DNA of 57,615 bases, filler included, from Sphacelaria rigidula (GCA_964200075.2; 5 parts of 5 records of this genome joined end to end with filler, not necessarily neighbours in it); one strand, 5' to 3'. Shown: positions 25,473 through 39,600, numbered from the whole stretch's first letter. The notes: generated from the sequence alone by a model not told the origin. Numbers and translations: made by a program.

Positions 25473-26655
25473 AGGTTGAGGGACAGATGGGATCGGGGTG
25501 CACTGTGCGTGTTGGCCGCTCTGTCTTTCAAGTCGTAACGTGGCACAGCAGGACAGTCACAGCAACACAGAGGAAGCTTGACACGCGATGTTTTGAGGGG
25601 AATGGTAGGCGCTTGTTTTATTGGTAAACACGGACGGAGACAAAACTGCTGTGAATGATGGTAGTACGACACCTTATGGTTCATCGATGCGCGCGGTGAC
25701 GGTGTCAGCGTTTGTTTGCGCCGAGTAGCCTACGAAACACTCTCAAAGCACGGAGGATAGACCCGGGGCCGGTCGTAGGCGAGGGGGGGCTATACTGGGG
25801 GTTCATTTGCCGTAACTCCTGTGTTGGTGGGCCATGTCGACAAGACGTTCTCTTGAGAGGGGTGGGTCGGAGGGGTTGGGGCGGGGGACGGGACTGCTCG
25901 TGTTTGCCGTGCCTTGAATGTAGAACTATTGGTCACGGGTCTTCGAGAAGATGAAGCATTGCTCTTGATATGGCGATGGTCCACCGCCGATGGCTGCGTC
26001 GTACTTCTTTTGTGGGGTGGTGTAAAGCAGAAGGCGGCAGCCGTGTTGTTCAGGCCACGCTGATCTACACTGTTCCTTTATTTAGGCGTGATTCGCCTCT
26101 GTTTCTGGCAATGGTTGACGGCGTTACTGTACGCTAACATACTTCAGAGTGTTTGCGTGAACAAACATGCGCTTGCCAGCTTTTGACCTATCGCATATTG
26201 TAGATGTTGTTGTTTAGTTTGTTGTTTTTTGTGGACGGGGTGAGAAATGGGCATGGGACACTTGAAGTGTTTCGAGGCGCGGTGATCTGAAGCCTGTTTC
26301 ATACAAGTGTTCGTTGTATTAACGGGCGTATAGGTCCACGCGTTTTGCCAATCATCGCATTTTACTGCCAAGATAGTGTTGAGCTCTCGAGTGTAATTAT
26401 GTCCCCCACGCATGCTGTATGGATATTTTATATGGGTGGTTTTGTGTGGGGGAGTGTATCATTTTGTAGAAAGTGTGAATGGTTTTCCAGGTCTTTCGTC
26501 TTATGTATCCCTTTGTTGCAGAAATAGTGGCCATGTACACAAACTATACATTTCGAACGTTTCTTGTGAGTCGCGACTGGTGTTTGGGGGGCACAAGTCT
26601 CGTCTGACGCTCACAGTAATCAAGATAATGGACGCTCCGTAGAGGACACTTTTCA

Positions 26656-26876
26656 CGATACCCCCCCCCCCCAAAAAAAAAACCCAGCCCAAACTGTCAC
26701 GAAGAAGGTGGTCATACAGCATTTGATGTTTGGTTTCAGGCTGCATGTAGCGCCTCATATGAGCTATATCGGCGAAAACGAACTCGTAGCTGCTCGTTGT
26801 GCTCGGCTTTTTTCATTCCGATTTACGTGTAGATTGTGCATCCCCAAACCAGCCACTTTTTTGGTCGGGGCTATCG
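26656..26876 (+). mobile_element. Full-length copy of the CGATA-terminus MITE family
   Basis: cgatacccccc...ggggctatcg followed by TA. Body homologous to 10108-10356. Confidence 0.75.
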
Positions 26877-27699
26877 TAGCAAGTGTCGGAAGTAATGCAT
26901 CTCGGAGGACTGCTTGTGCCATGGTAAACTGATTGTGTCTGGCGATTTTCTCGCTCGCAGTTGGCACTATCTCATGGCAAGTCCCAGCGCTGACCGGCTG
27001 AAGGTCGAAGCAAACTAGACTGCATACGAGCTGGGCCAGCCTAGAAGCAGATTTGGTGGAGTTGTGAACTGGTTTGGCTAACCAGTTGACTGGTTCGAAA
27101 AAATTACAACCCGTTACAACAGTTATCAGATTAAACTGAATAACTGGCGGCGAAGCCACCCCGCGACTCCGCCAGCGTTGCCCGGCAAAGCAACGCGGCG
27201 GATTCGCGTAAAATGCCCCCCCTGGCTGGTGAGGGGGCGCCGCCGGAGACAAAAAAAGTAAGCCATTTGGCTTCACATCTCTTCAAAATCGCGGTATATT
27301 CTAGCCGCCTAGCGCCAGCAATTCGAGCGCGTAATCGGTGCACAAAAATATGAATGTATGAGGGCAAAATAATTATCATTGAACGACATAAAAACGAAGC
27401 GGTGAGGTAGTAGTGCAGCATACATACCGCCCCGCGTGTACCACCCAAGCGTCAGGAACTACTAGTAGCACGACAACTTGGTGACGTTATTGAGTGTGAC
27501 TTCACTGCAGCAAGGAAACAGACATCTTGACTCTTCCTCATGCTTCGGTATCACATTGACCACCGACCACGGAACGCTTAACGCTTGATGCCGACAGAAT
27601 AAAGCAAAGCATACACAACAACGCTAAGAAACGCAGTCTTGCTTCACATTTCAGATCCGCTCGATCAACAACTGTCCGTGCCTAATCTCATTATTTTTT

Positions 27700-27970
27700 A
27701 TATTAGACTATATTGTCTGCGATCCTCGTGTTCACGTCTAGGTGTGTGCACTGTGCGATCATATACTCGCCTCTGTAACAACGTCCCCGCGGTGATGTAG
27801 TACGGCAATACTCCAGAAATATTGACCTGAGCATGACACATATGTACAGAGAGCACTTTGGAGTATGACATGTGTCGGTGGAACAATTGGTTCAACTGGT
27901 TACAAAACTGATCACTTAACCCGTTGTAGCAGCTAACTGTAACTGGTCAGTTAAACTGGCAGCCAGTTCA
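27700..27970 (+). repeat. Dispersed repeat or non-autonomous DNA element (homologue at 46913-47187)
   Basis: Collinear blocks cacgtctaggtgtgtgc, tactcgcctctg, cactttggagtatga, caactggttacaa, cagccagttca in both copies. Confidence 0.75.
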
Positions 27971-30376
27971 TGGAGAAGCACGGTGCGCTAGACGTGTTGA
28001 GTAAATACCATTTTTACGAAGCCGTATAGTGTTGAGAAACGCGTCTTGTTTTCTCTCCTGAAAATGATGATACGTTATTTTCAGAAGCAGTTCTTCCTTC
28101 TTTTTTTTTTCTGCACGGAAATCATCCGTAGATGAAAATCATAGCCCCTCGTGTTTTCAACAACAACATGAGTCCCCAGGACAGTGTGATGATATCAGAC
28201 ACGATCTTTTCCCTGAGCTCTCGGTGCTAAAGTTGAGGGAAAAAATACAAGAAGAAACCATCGTGAAGGAAAAGTGCCATCACTCCATTCTCCACGCAAA
28301 CACAAGAAGCAGTCTCGTCGAGCCATACCAAGCATGCCAAGCACGCATGGTTCTGTTACCGTGCTGGTCCCTCCCGCTTGTTACTGAACTACCGGGTCAC
28401 GCATCGATGAAGTCTCTGGGAGGAGGCGTCGTCACTGCGCGTGCCATTTTACACCCGCCTTCCCTCAATCGCGAAATACACCAAAAATTTGTCAACAAAA
28501 AGCTACCAGCCCAGTAACTCGCGAAAAGATTTTGAACTTCGAGTCCACAGCATCTTCTACTCTTACCATCGGCAGAAGAACTCTCTCCCACCCTCTTGTG
28601 TATCAAGCTCAGGAGAGAGAAGAAACGAAACACGACGTTCTGATAGGTTGGAATGGTCCGGCATTCTTTTTCCTGTTCATTATAGATTGGTGGTGCCACT
28701 TTTCTCGAACACTAGTATCGATTCCGATGACGCCGCCTCCTCTACATAACTATCTAACCATCACCGCCACGGCCCCCGTCACAGATAGTTCAATCTCTTG
28801 GCTGATGTGCGGAAATAATAATAATAAAAATTGAATATGTGCATACATACGCACACACACATACATACATACATACAAACAGTACATACACACACCCCGC
28901 TTGAATGGGCGGGCTACGCCCATGATTGCGGAAATACAAAGACGCACACCAAAACAGAAACGTCAGGGCCCTCCTCGAAACGTTCCTGCGTAGAATTGAC
29001 CATTGATGTAAATCATGTGCGTTATTGCCGCTTCTGAGCCAACTCCCCCCATTCCTCGACCACGTCGAACGCAAAGTCCGCGAAAGAACACGCGCCCTTT
29101 CTCGTCTTTTGTCTTCTAATTCCGCGTTAAGCGTCTTGCTGGGGTCGTTTTACCGCAAAGAAAATGAGGACCGCCCTTTACATCGACGTTCGCTTACATC
29201 AGCGACATTCGTTCACCGCGCAAAACTACCGTGGGCACATATCTCATGCCCAACTCGGAATTTTCTGAAATAATGATTCTGCTGACTTTTCCAACACGTT
29301 GAAGCCTTGACATACATGATGTACCATCCTTTCATATTATCACAACAGTGCTGCAGTCCTACAAGTGTGGATGGTTTCCCGATCTTGATTCTTGTGCTTG
29401 AAAAATTATGAGTGGAGCCGTGATCATATAGTCAAACGCAAAATGAACGCTTGCTCCTTCCAGACCACAAACGCAAAATGGGAGGGACATGTTCTGGCTG
29501 CCTGCACTTACTACTCGATACCTAGCACGGTGCCGCGGAATTTTACACATGCACATCGATATCTGGAAAGCCTCGAACCCACCTGAGTACTACGCAAGAT
29601 ACCACTCCACGTGTATCGAGCCGTATACGCAGCCACAACCAAAACAGCGTCCACTTGCCCAGCCACCCAGGCCTCGTAGAACCGCGAGTCATAAACTGCT
29701 TCTTGAACAGTCGAAACATCTCCCAAAATATTCCAGATAATACGGCACTTTTCTGCCTCTAGCGCAACGAAATTATGGAATTTACGAAAGACCTGGAATC
29801 AAGATCATTTAATTATTTAAACATGAACAAAACTGGGATCGACATAATCAGAAAGCGACACCTAACACGTCAAAATCTAAGGCGTGAATACTGGTCGGAC
29901 CCCCCAGTGACCGGTGAGCCCGTAGCTCGTACACTTTTAGTCATCTCCATCCCACCCTATCTTTCTACAGAAGACATGGAAGAAGCATCACGCCGTGGGT
30001 TACGAGCTAGCCGGCGTGTGTGCATGGTTTTTGACTTGGTGCGCGTGAATGTCAAACGTATAACGTGTCAGTGTTGATGGAAAGTAAGGGTCTACTTCAC
30101 TACTGCATACCTCTATATAGACGGTGGCGCAAACAAAGGGCGGCCCCAGCCAGGCACACACACATGAACATATGCACATAACAAGCCAATCTCACCAAAG
30201 TCTATTTGAATACATACAACCGTTTACTGTCACACACGGCGCATATGATCATCGGTAGAGGAGAGGAGGAGGAGTTTCAATCTAAATCGAAACCTACCCA
30301 ACCCGCTGACTGTTTACCATCCCACCCAGGCTATGCTCCGATCCATCTGCCCAGCCAACTCAGCCGACCCGATCGC

Positions 30377-33300
30377 TTAAGCAAACAGTGTCATAACCAC
30401 GGACAGGCCGAGCGCGGTGGCTAAGGCGACCAAAAATCCCACCCGTGTCAAACCTTCTCGTCTGGCCGTGGCTAGTGCCGAGGAGCCGCTCACCGGCGCA
30501 ACGCCCGTACCTGCACCGTTCGGCGCATCGGTGGGGTCAGGAGCGATAATATCAGTGGTGGGGGCCGACGTCTCACCGATGGTAACACTATCACCGTCAT
30601 CGTCGCCGACCCCTATCGGGGCTGGTGTGGGAACGGGAGCGTCAATCACAGGAATGGGAGCCGGCGTCTCACCGTTGGTGGCACCTTCACCGTCATCGTC
30701 GCCGACGTCAGTTGGAGATGGTGTGGGGACGAAACCACGACTCGCAGAACTGGGGGTCGACGTCTCACCGACGGCAACATCATCACCGTCATCGTCGCCG
30801 AGCCCTAGCGGGGCTGGTGTAGGGACGGGAGCGCCAATCGCAGGCATGGGAGCCCGCGTCTCACCGTGGGTGGTACCGTCACCGTCATCGTCGCCGAGGT
30901 CAGTTGGAGATGGTGTAGGGACGGCGGAGCTACGGACATTGTCGCAGTTGCACGTAAGGGAGAAGTCATCGGAGCTGACGGGTTCTAGTTGCGAGTCCGA
31001 CGTGCCGTCCAGGAGACCTAGAGTGAATGAAGTGTGTGCGCGTTTCGAGTTGGGGATTTGGAAGTAAACAAGAGCGAGCAGGAGAGGGAGAGTGAGAGAG
31101 AATTTGTCTGGGACGAGAAAGAGGGATTCTTGTGACGGGAAAGAGGCAGGTTGCCCAAAAAATGCTTGCTATTGCACATCCGTGGTGGTACATATTCTCA
31201 TCTACACAACTCGCGCCCCGGTGGGCTTATTCGTACGTGTTCAACAAGGTGTGGGCAGGAGTGAGGAGTCTGACCCAGACGCCATACGCTTGTTTTCTGA
31301 TGAGTGCGGTATCTGATTTCGTCACTGACAACGTGACGGCGTGGGAAGGAAGGAACACGCGGCGAAAACTCAATGCGCTGTGCAAGTTCTGATTCAATCT
31401 GCGATACCACAACGCCAAGCATAGACCTAGACCTAGCAGAAGGCACGTGAATCCTTTCATACTACAGTACGAGCTCGTCACGAGCAAGGGAAGGGATTGG
31501 AAGAATAACGAATATATGCACATATATATAGAGAGAGACACAAACAAGCCGCTCGGGACCGTCGCTGCGCTTCGGTCTCTTACGCCTTTGCTCTAGAAGC
31601 GCGTGATAATCTTGGCAATTATAGCAAAGCTCACGCGAGAAGTGGAGAAAAGGGGCGATACATATTGCCAAGCCCTCGTGAGAGGAGAATCTTTTCCCGT
31701 CAGGCAATATATCCAATGACCTTTGTATTGGATTGCGAAAAAAAATTGCACGAAAGACGCACCATCTGTTGGAAGCGCCGCTTCGCTTAGGATCTCCGCG
31801 ATTGCTTTCGAAAAGCGGGGAATAAGACCGACGATTATAACGAAGCCCTCGGGAGAGGGTCATATTTTTCAAAAGGCATTATACTACACGGGCTTGTTCA
31901 TGGTGAACGACGGGAAACTACTCCCCAGGGACAGCTCACGCCGCGTTTTTGAGTGAAACCCTGAAATTTCGCGCACGGATGCTCTATGATCTTTGGAAAG
32001 GCTGTATGAATGACATCTTCCTCCCCGTCTCGAAAGGGATGCATGGTCAATGGTCGACCGACTAAGGCAAGCAACAAATGAATACGCCCCCCCCTCCCGC
32101 TAGATCTCCGTCCTCCCAGGAGGCGGTGCCGAAACGTGTTTTTCGGCACCTACATACGCATTGGTCGTCGGTATATTTCCTAGCCGGACTTTCCTTGCCT
32201 TCTCTCATTTCGAGTGAAGGTCGGTATATTTCCTTTCCCGTCATAATAAATCATGTCGGAGCGTGTGCTTAGGAGGTAGTGATCATGTGTGGTAACAACA
32301 GCTGTGCAACAGTATAGTATATATCGAACGCAGACGTTCCGACACCTGCATACACTCAATCGTCTGTGCACCACCCTGCCGAGCACTCTTTGCTCCCTCT
32401 CGTTCAGAGTGAAAGTCAAAAGCAGACATTCCGACACTTGCATGTACGCACTTCATCGGCACGCTACCTTGCCGAGCATTATTTTCCCCATCTCATTTTG
32501 AGTGAAAGTCGGGCTAATGTCGATAAGTAGGCGTTGGCAAAATGCTGCGCTCACGTGCGCCGTTACAATCTTATATCCTCACCATGTACAGCATATCCAT
32601 ACTCACAAAAATCGCTTCAACAGCCGTATCATACGTACCGTAGGAAAATGCGGAGTAGCATTCGTGTGTCAGCTATTCCCTCATGCACAACGAAAATATG
32701 AAATTGACTACCGAAACATGTACAGAAAAAGGTCGACTTACAGCCCCATGTAGCTTCCGTTGGATGAAGTTCGCCGGGCGCTGTGAACTTTTGAGCTGTC
32801 TGGCAGACTGGCGAGTATAAAATAGTAGATTGGGACGAGGTGCTGCTGATAGCAGATACGGCACCTAGCCCCCACACGTACTGCGTTCGGTTTTTAAAAG
32901 GCGCGTGTCCGATCCATCGCCACAATGATGATCACACATATACGTGCACCCAGATCCAGAAACATCGCCCGAAGCAAGGAAACCCCATATATTCAATGGA
33001 AACGGGACGGTCAGCAGCAGAACACGGGAGCGGGCAAAAGGGCGAAATGACGACAGGACGGCAGGACGCGGCATAGAAGTAGGATTGAAAGTTCCTGGTT
33101 GGTGTTGTAAACCGGCAGACCTGCCAACCGCAAGCTTGTCGCGCAACAGGTGGTTTGATTGAAGGGGATGAAGAAAGTGCAATTCAAGTGAGGCGACATA
33201 CCGCACACCCACACGAACCCTTATTGTGTTACTCTACAACGAAGTTATCGTTTTGAATGTGCAGAGTCGCCGCGCCCTGTTGGTTTAATGGTACAACTGT

Positions 33301-34031
33301 CATCATCAGGGCGGGAAAAAAGCGAGTTCGATTCTTGCCAGATGCGTGTAATTTTCATCAGAAGCATCTCATCTCCGTCGTTGAAAGCATCGAAGTGCCA
33401 GGACGTGTGTGGGTAGTAAAAAAAGTCCATCCGGCTGAGTTTGCTCGACGACAGTCGACACGGTGTGGGAGTGTTCGTCATGATCCAATCCCCGATACGA
33501 AAATGCAAGGCCTGTACGCGTACCGAGGGAGAGATGAGCTGATCCCTTGAGACCACGGACTCACCCCGACGAAGGGAGAGATCCAAGGTGTGTCGAGAAC
33601 AAAGGAAAAGGAAGACGTGGAATGTGCAGCAGTAGATTGAAACAAAACAGTCGCGGCATGCACAACACACCACGACGCTTTTCTCTGTTTTTCACGACAC
33701 TACGAGAAAAAAATATAAGCGACCGCAAAAAGGCGAAAAAACGCTCGCACACGGTTCACCTTACGCGCAATAAAGGCAATCATGAAAGTACAACAGTATC
33801 GCAATATAGGCTCGACACACGTGTACACACGCGCGCGCGCCTACACAGTTGCAAGCGCCAGTGCTACGGCTGTTCCTTCTTCCGGTGCTCTCGGCACTCG
33901 CGGCAACACACCTCCTTGTTACCGGCTCGCGGAACGACACGACCATCACTCCCCTGCAAGCTTACCAGAGAATACGGTATACATATTCGAGCCACCGGGA
34001 AACAAGATTTCGGAATCCAAGAACTCATCAC
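30377..34031 (-). CDS. 3' part of a probable cell-surface glycoprotein: Cys-containing domain, Pro/Thr/Asp repeat stalk, hydrophobic C-terminus (exons 33966-34031, 32742-32807, 30377-31017; 5' end missing)
   Basis: Three exons join in frame via phase-1 GT-AG introns: GDEFLDSEILFPGGSNMYTVFS-VCQTAQKFTAPGELHPTEATWG-CLLDGTSDSQ...TCNCDN. Four 96-bp repeats follow. The protein ends GFLVALATALGLSVVMTLFA*. Confidence 0.75.
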
Positions 34032-34243
34032 CTGACGGTCTATTCAGGGGGGTGGTACACAACGCAGGGTTGATACACCCCGCCTTCCACAGTAGTTTTC
34101 GCGTACAAGTATTCGGGGAGACACAGGGCTAGCCCTCGAGCGAGTGCAGAGAGACTATCGCTCCTCACTCACATAGAGACACTACACTACTGCCGGGAGA
34201 ACCTCTTCCGACTTTAAAAGTGATAATGATGAGAGTCTTTTTA

Positions 34244-34455
34244 CGAAAGCCCCGCTCCCCCAAACCAGCCCGAACTGTCACGGAGTACGTGGTCATACAG
34301 CGCCGTATGTTTGGTTTCAGGCTGCATGAAGCGCCTCATATGGGCGACATCGGCGAAAACGAACCCAAGAGAGGAAATTCCCAGCTCCTCGTTGTGCTCG
34401 GCTTCTTGTCAATCCGTTTTCCGTGCAGATTTTGCCTCCCCAAACCAGCCACTTG
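34244..34455 (+). mobile_element. One-end-truncated copy of the CGATA-terminus MITE family
   Basis: TA-cgaaagccccg start; body homologous to 26656-26876. Confidence 0.7.
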
Positions 34456-34531
34456 TTTTCATGATCATGCATGCCATAGTCATACGACCATTGACCTCGC
34501 ATCCCTACAAAGCCGGGACGGAGCACACCCG

Positions 34532-34631
34532 NNNNNNNNNNNNNNNNNNNNNNNNNNNNNNNNNNNNNNNNNNNNTTAATTAATTAANNNNNNNNNNNNN
34601 NNNNNNNNNNNNNNNNNNNNNNNNNNNNNNN
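34532..34631. other. Artificial contig spacer
   Basis: 44 N + TTAATTAATTAA + 44 N. Confidence 0.97.
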
Positions 34632-34663
34632 ATGACAGTTTTGAATTTGGTATAGAGGGCGAG

Positions 34664-35072
34664 GCAGGTACCCGGTGCCGGTATTTGGGACATCTCATAC
34701 CCTACCGATACCGACCCAATCCGGTATTTTCAAATGTCATACCTACGATACCTACGATACCACGGTATTTCAAGATTTCAATGCTTACCGTACCTGCCAA
34801 ATCCGGTATTTTCAAATGTCATACCTACGATACCTACGATACCACGGTATGTCAAGATTTCAATACCTGCCGTACCCGCACAATCCGGTATTTTCAAATG
34901 TCATACCTACGATACCTATGATACCACGGTATTTCGAGATTTCAGTACCTACCGTGTCCACCCAATCCGGTATTTTCAGATGTCATATCTACGCTACCTA
35001 CGCTACCACGGTATGGGATACCCCGGTAAATACCGGGGGTACGCTTGGTACGGCACCTTACCTACGGTGCCT
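34664..35072 (+). mobile_element. MITE-like element with an internal 82-bp tandem array (4 units)
   Basis: aatccggtattttca recurs at 34718, 34800, 34882 and 34964. Short imperfect inverted ends caggtacc / ggtgcctg. Confidence 0.65.
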
Positions 35073-36628
35073 GTGAGAAATACCTAAGAATGACTGCTTT
35101 CGCCCACGACCATACCTTAAACCTCCAAGAGTAGCATTGCTTTAGGTCGGCCATTTCCTTCTGCTTGTGTTGATTTTTTATTATTTTTTTGTCACGACTT
35201 GGTTTGATATGTCGTTCTGTTCGACCACTCTCTTTATTTTCTGTTTCTATTTTTTCTGTTTCTATTTTTTCTGCTTCTGTTCCTTTTTTTTCCCCCCCTT
35301 AGAGCGTGTTTGAGTTTCGTTTTTCTTGGGTACATCTATTATGAGACCACGGCTGGACCCCGGGAGGGTCAGTTAAAGTGCGACAATCAATAAAAAAAAA
35401 CAATCAAAAATCAATTAGTAGCAGAACATGATCGGCAGCAGTGACGGAATTTTACTCGGCAACTGCGACACGAAATTCGTAGACGCAAAGAGCCACCCAT
35501 TTATTTTTGCATCTTTCGTGCGAATGTTTTTGTACCCCGCAAACGTGATACGTGCGGATTTTTGTTTCAAACCTTGAGAAAATGATCCCCGTAAGCGTAG
35601 GAAGGCAGCAGAACCGACTCTTTGCCACGCATGTTTGACTCTCCGCATAATATCAGAAGCCGCCTCAGTCGCGTTTGCACCCTGCATCTTCTCTTCGACC
35701 GCAAATGTACAGTTTTGTGGTGCCTCTTCTTTCCCTATCTCCGATCTGACCGGAATCGGAACGTTAGTAAAGTCTAGCGACACCCCCCGAGCTGGCGGTT
35801 TACCTGTACAGCGTCGCGTTAATTGGGACTTGTCGCGTTGATCGGAGCCGGGATTTCAACCGGAACCTCTTGTTCAGTAATGAAACACAACAGTGTCGTA
35901 TTGGCGTTGGACGTGCGAAAATGTGATCAATCCTCGACAGGCCCTCGGGGTGCTTCCCCCCCCCCCCCCCCCCCCTCCCCGTGGGGGCGGGAGGCCCCCC
36001 CCCCCCCCCCCCTTCTGTTCCCCACCAGGGAGAGCGGGGCGGTTTGTTTTTGTAAAANNNNNNNNNNAACAAAAACGGGTCTGGTTGGGGGTTGGAGGGG
36101 CAAAAAGTGATCCACCCCCGAACGGCCCCCGGGGGGCTTCCCCCCCCCCCCCCCTCTTTGCGGTGAGTGATGAGTACGCCCCCTCCCCTCTTTGCGGTAG
36201 TATGCACAGAGCGGACGGGTAGCTTTGTTTTTCAAGGAAATCGCTCCCAATGGACCCAAGTCTCCCTTCCCCCACCCGACAAAACCCCCCCGGTGGTAAT
36301 TGACGGCCTTCGACAAGGTGATTCCCTCCAAATATTGAAGTGCCAGGCCCTGAATTTCAGTCATCGGGCGAACAATCCTTCGAGACGCGTGTTTGGTATT
36401 TTCGCTGGGACCAACCAGTATGAATGTCCAACTGCGGACGCTCGCGACTTGGTTTTCATACCCGAGTGCTTGATGTCCCTGGGGCACACGTATTTAAGTG
36501 CTCGGTAATTCAAAGGATGGAATGGGCAGTGCAACAGCTTAAGATGTCGGTCATGCTTCGTATACAGCACGCACGATTTCACCGTATGGTACTACTAAAC
36601 ACGGCGAGCTATTGCGCTCTCGCACAAG

Positions 36629-39600
36629 CTCCCGAGAAGTTGGAGGGTCCCGAGCAAAATAATTACAACCAAGTAAGTCTAGCAATGCTGGCCACAGGGC
36701 CGCAGACGTATCCTCCGTCCTGAGCATCGCCGGCGATGCTCGACATGTTCGCCGCGCGTACCGTGTACGTACGACAGGACAGACGCTATGAGTTCCCCGA
36801 TGTTTCGATCTGCTTAGAGGCAGACGAAGTCAGAGGATACGGTTGTGATACGCCCGATCAAGACTGCGCCAACACAACTACGATATTTGTCACCGGAGGA
36901 ACGGGCTTCGTCAACCTTTCCACTACGGATATCGCGAGAGAGAACCAGGTATGGATGCCTGCCTATCCCCGAAGTTTTCTCCAGCCACTCTCAGATTATG
37001 TCAGCGACCGGAGGCGCCACCAACGTGTTGAATGTCGTTTTGGCCGTCATGGTAGGACGTTAGACCAAACAGGACCAACAGGTCGGTGCTGGGGCAGAGT
37101 GCTATACTAGACGTATCGGACACTTATATAGTTGGGATGGACAGTCATACTGGTCGGACGGTTGGGTCGTGGGTTCAGATCTCGGAGCGATCGGGGATTT
37201 CTTCTCACACAGTGCCCAACAGTGGAGAGCGACGGTGTCGTGGGTACACAAAAACACCCCCGACTTAATAGTCGACGAGGGAAAGGGACTGCTGAGCCCC
37301 GCTCGCGATGAGAAATGAATGCAAGCGCCGCAGAAGGAAGGAGGAGAACTAAAACAAAGAAGAAGAAACTCCTGTACTATCCTTCCTCCTGTGTAATCCC
37401 GGCTGGTGCGCCCATATATACCGAAAGGTGTAGACCGGCGTCCAGAGTGAATGGGACAACACACACAACACACACACGCACATGCACACACACTGGTGAC
37501 GTCTCTTGCAAGACCAAACGGTATTAGTTTTCTCCTCACGGCGAGGGTAACCTACTAGCCCTCAAGCAGCATGCTCCGTCCTCCGTCACTCTATTCTTGT
37601 TTCACCAAACCCTCTCCTTCACTAACTGCGTGCTGTCACGCTACTGTTCGACTTGTCTCTGATTGGCATGTTCGCGGTGCACGGCCGTGCCTTGCGAAGC
37701 GATTTCCTGGGCGTTGCGTCGACGCCTACCTCTCCAACATCAGTTACGATCCACTATACAACGACGATACGGACCGCAAGGCCTCACCTCCCGAACTATC
37801 GCTCAAGGTATGTTGCCGTAAGCGAGTGCGTTGTGCAGTGAAAGCGCACGAGCCTGTGGGTGTCTTTTAGCATCCTAATCAACAAACCAGCCACGCCTCC
37901 CCAATACCCAGCGTGCTGCAGGAAGGACTATGTAGACGAAGATAGCAAGCGGAACGTGTTCCACAGTGCGAGAGTGAGCTCTTGGATAGTGCGGACTTGC
38001 TTTCGGTGGTGTGCGGATGTGCTACGTTCGCCGGGTACATTCCCTCCGATAACTCGTTGCAGCGCTCTGGAGCTGGGAATTGTAACATTCGGACCGACAC
38101 ATATACTCGAAGACATATGTTTTTTTTCTCTGCACGAAAGTAAAAATAGTGCTCTTCGCCCGGCTTCGACGCGATTGCCTCGCTGTGTTTCGGTCGGATG
38201 AATCATGTACTATTAAATACTGCTGCCGCAATCTTTGCCCCCACGTATAATTACCGCAGTTGATTCCTGGCCCCACCCGCAGGTGGCCTGGGTGACGTCT
38301 CAGAACGGCAGCGACATCACCGTGAGGCAGATCAGGTACATACGGGACACCGGGAGATCGGTAGCGTTTGTTCCGCAACGATCACGATACTCGATTTCAT
38401 TCTTCGTCGAATCACCTGTGTGCCGTTTTGTTTTTTTCGGGCCTCAGGGTAGTCCGTGGCGGCAGGCAGTAGATGTGACAAGACTATTTCGAGGTCATAT
38501 TTCGGGGCGGCGTATAATCTTCACAGGCAAGCTTCCTCTAGGACGTGCCGTGTCAGCACGGAATGGCCAATGCCGGGTTCTCAGCAGAGCAGCTGAAGAT
38601 ACTATCCCCTGATGCGAGCATCTTGTGTGCCCTCCCCTGAAAATAGGCACTCGTACACGATGGGTGCCAAAAGTTTTGGTGTAAAATGACGATCTCCGAC
38701 GACCTCGTCACGTCACACCCTCCAGGAGCAGATCCGCGACGTAATTTTCTCACCGCGATGTGTTACGAAATGCGCCCCTCGCTTCCGTGAACTGGTGTTT
38801 TTTTTCCTGAAGTCGAAGCGTGTTCGTATACTTGACGGACTCACACTTCGCTCCGATGGTGGGGAAGAGCACGCTTATTGGACAGGTGGCGTACACTCGC
38901 GTGCCTGCGGCAACGCAGGCTGAAGAAGTGACACACGTATCAGTGGTGAGTATTACATGGAAAGACACACATACACACACACATAGAACTTCATAATGAG
39001 CTTCAGTAGCTCCTACGCATACAGACTGAAATTCTTAGCCCTTTCGTACTGTGCTCGGTTTGGTTGTGGGGTGTCCACACGCTTTACCGTCCTACTACTA
39101 GATCGGACCCGGCTCGGTTTCCTCCACCACGCAACGGTCAGTCCCAGGAAGCATTATATCTACGAGCTGAGTCAGCCTGAAACAAGTTTTGGCGCTATTA
39201 ATAGACCAGCTTTACGCGGCCCGGTTTGAGGAGTTAGAAGCTGAAACGTCAACACAAGATATGTGTAATCAAGACGCAAAAACGTACGGAAGAAGCCAAG
39301 AAAAGAGAATCCTCCAGCGAGTTAAAGACAGTTGAAAATTCTAAAGATGAAAAACAAAATACAGACAGTACCATAACTCAACCAAAATACATTGGTACCT
39401 GTGATTACTTCCATACGTTTTTGCGTATTGACGTGTACAACGTACGTGTGAAAAATCAACACAAAATTTCTCAAATTGAGCGCGCATTCCGTGTTCCGTT
39501 AGACACGGCTGCACCCCTATGTCTAACCGGTATAATAGACATACGCAGGGGTGGAAAGTGGCGATTTCGAATCCGGACATATGCCTTTTTTTGTAGCGGT

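Noticed and set aside
8500-29701. One long minus-strand gene linking exon-like segments across the gaps
   Set aside because: The spacers join unrelated contigs. Exon-like bits at ~9250-9310 and ~8500-8570 are too weak to model.
30417-31067. 216-aa plus-strand ORF
   Set aside because: Antisense shadow of the minus-strand repeat exon, which has the splice support.
34718-35010. CRISPR-like repeat-spacer array
   Set aside because: The inter-repeat segments are homologous to each other (82-bp tandem units), the context is eukaryotic, and there are no cas genes.
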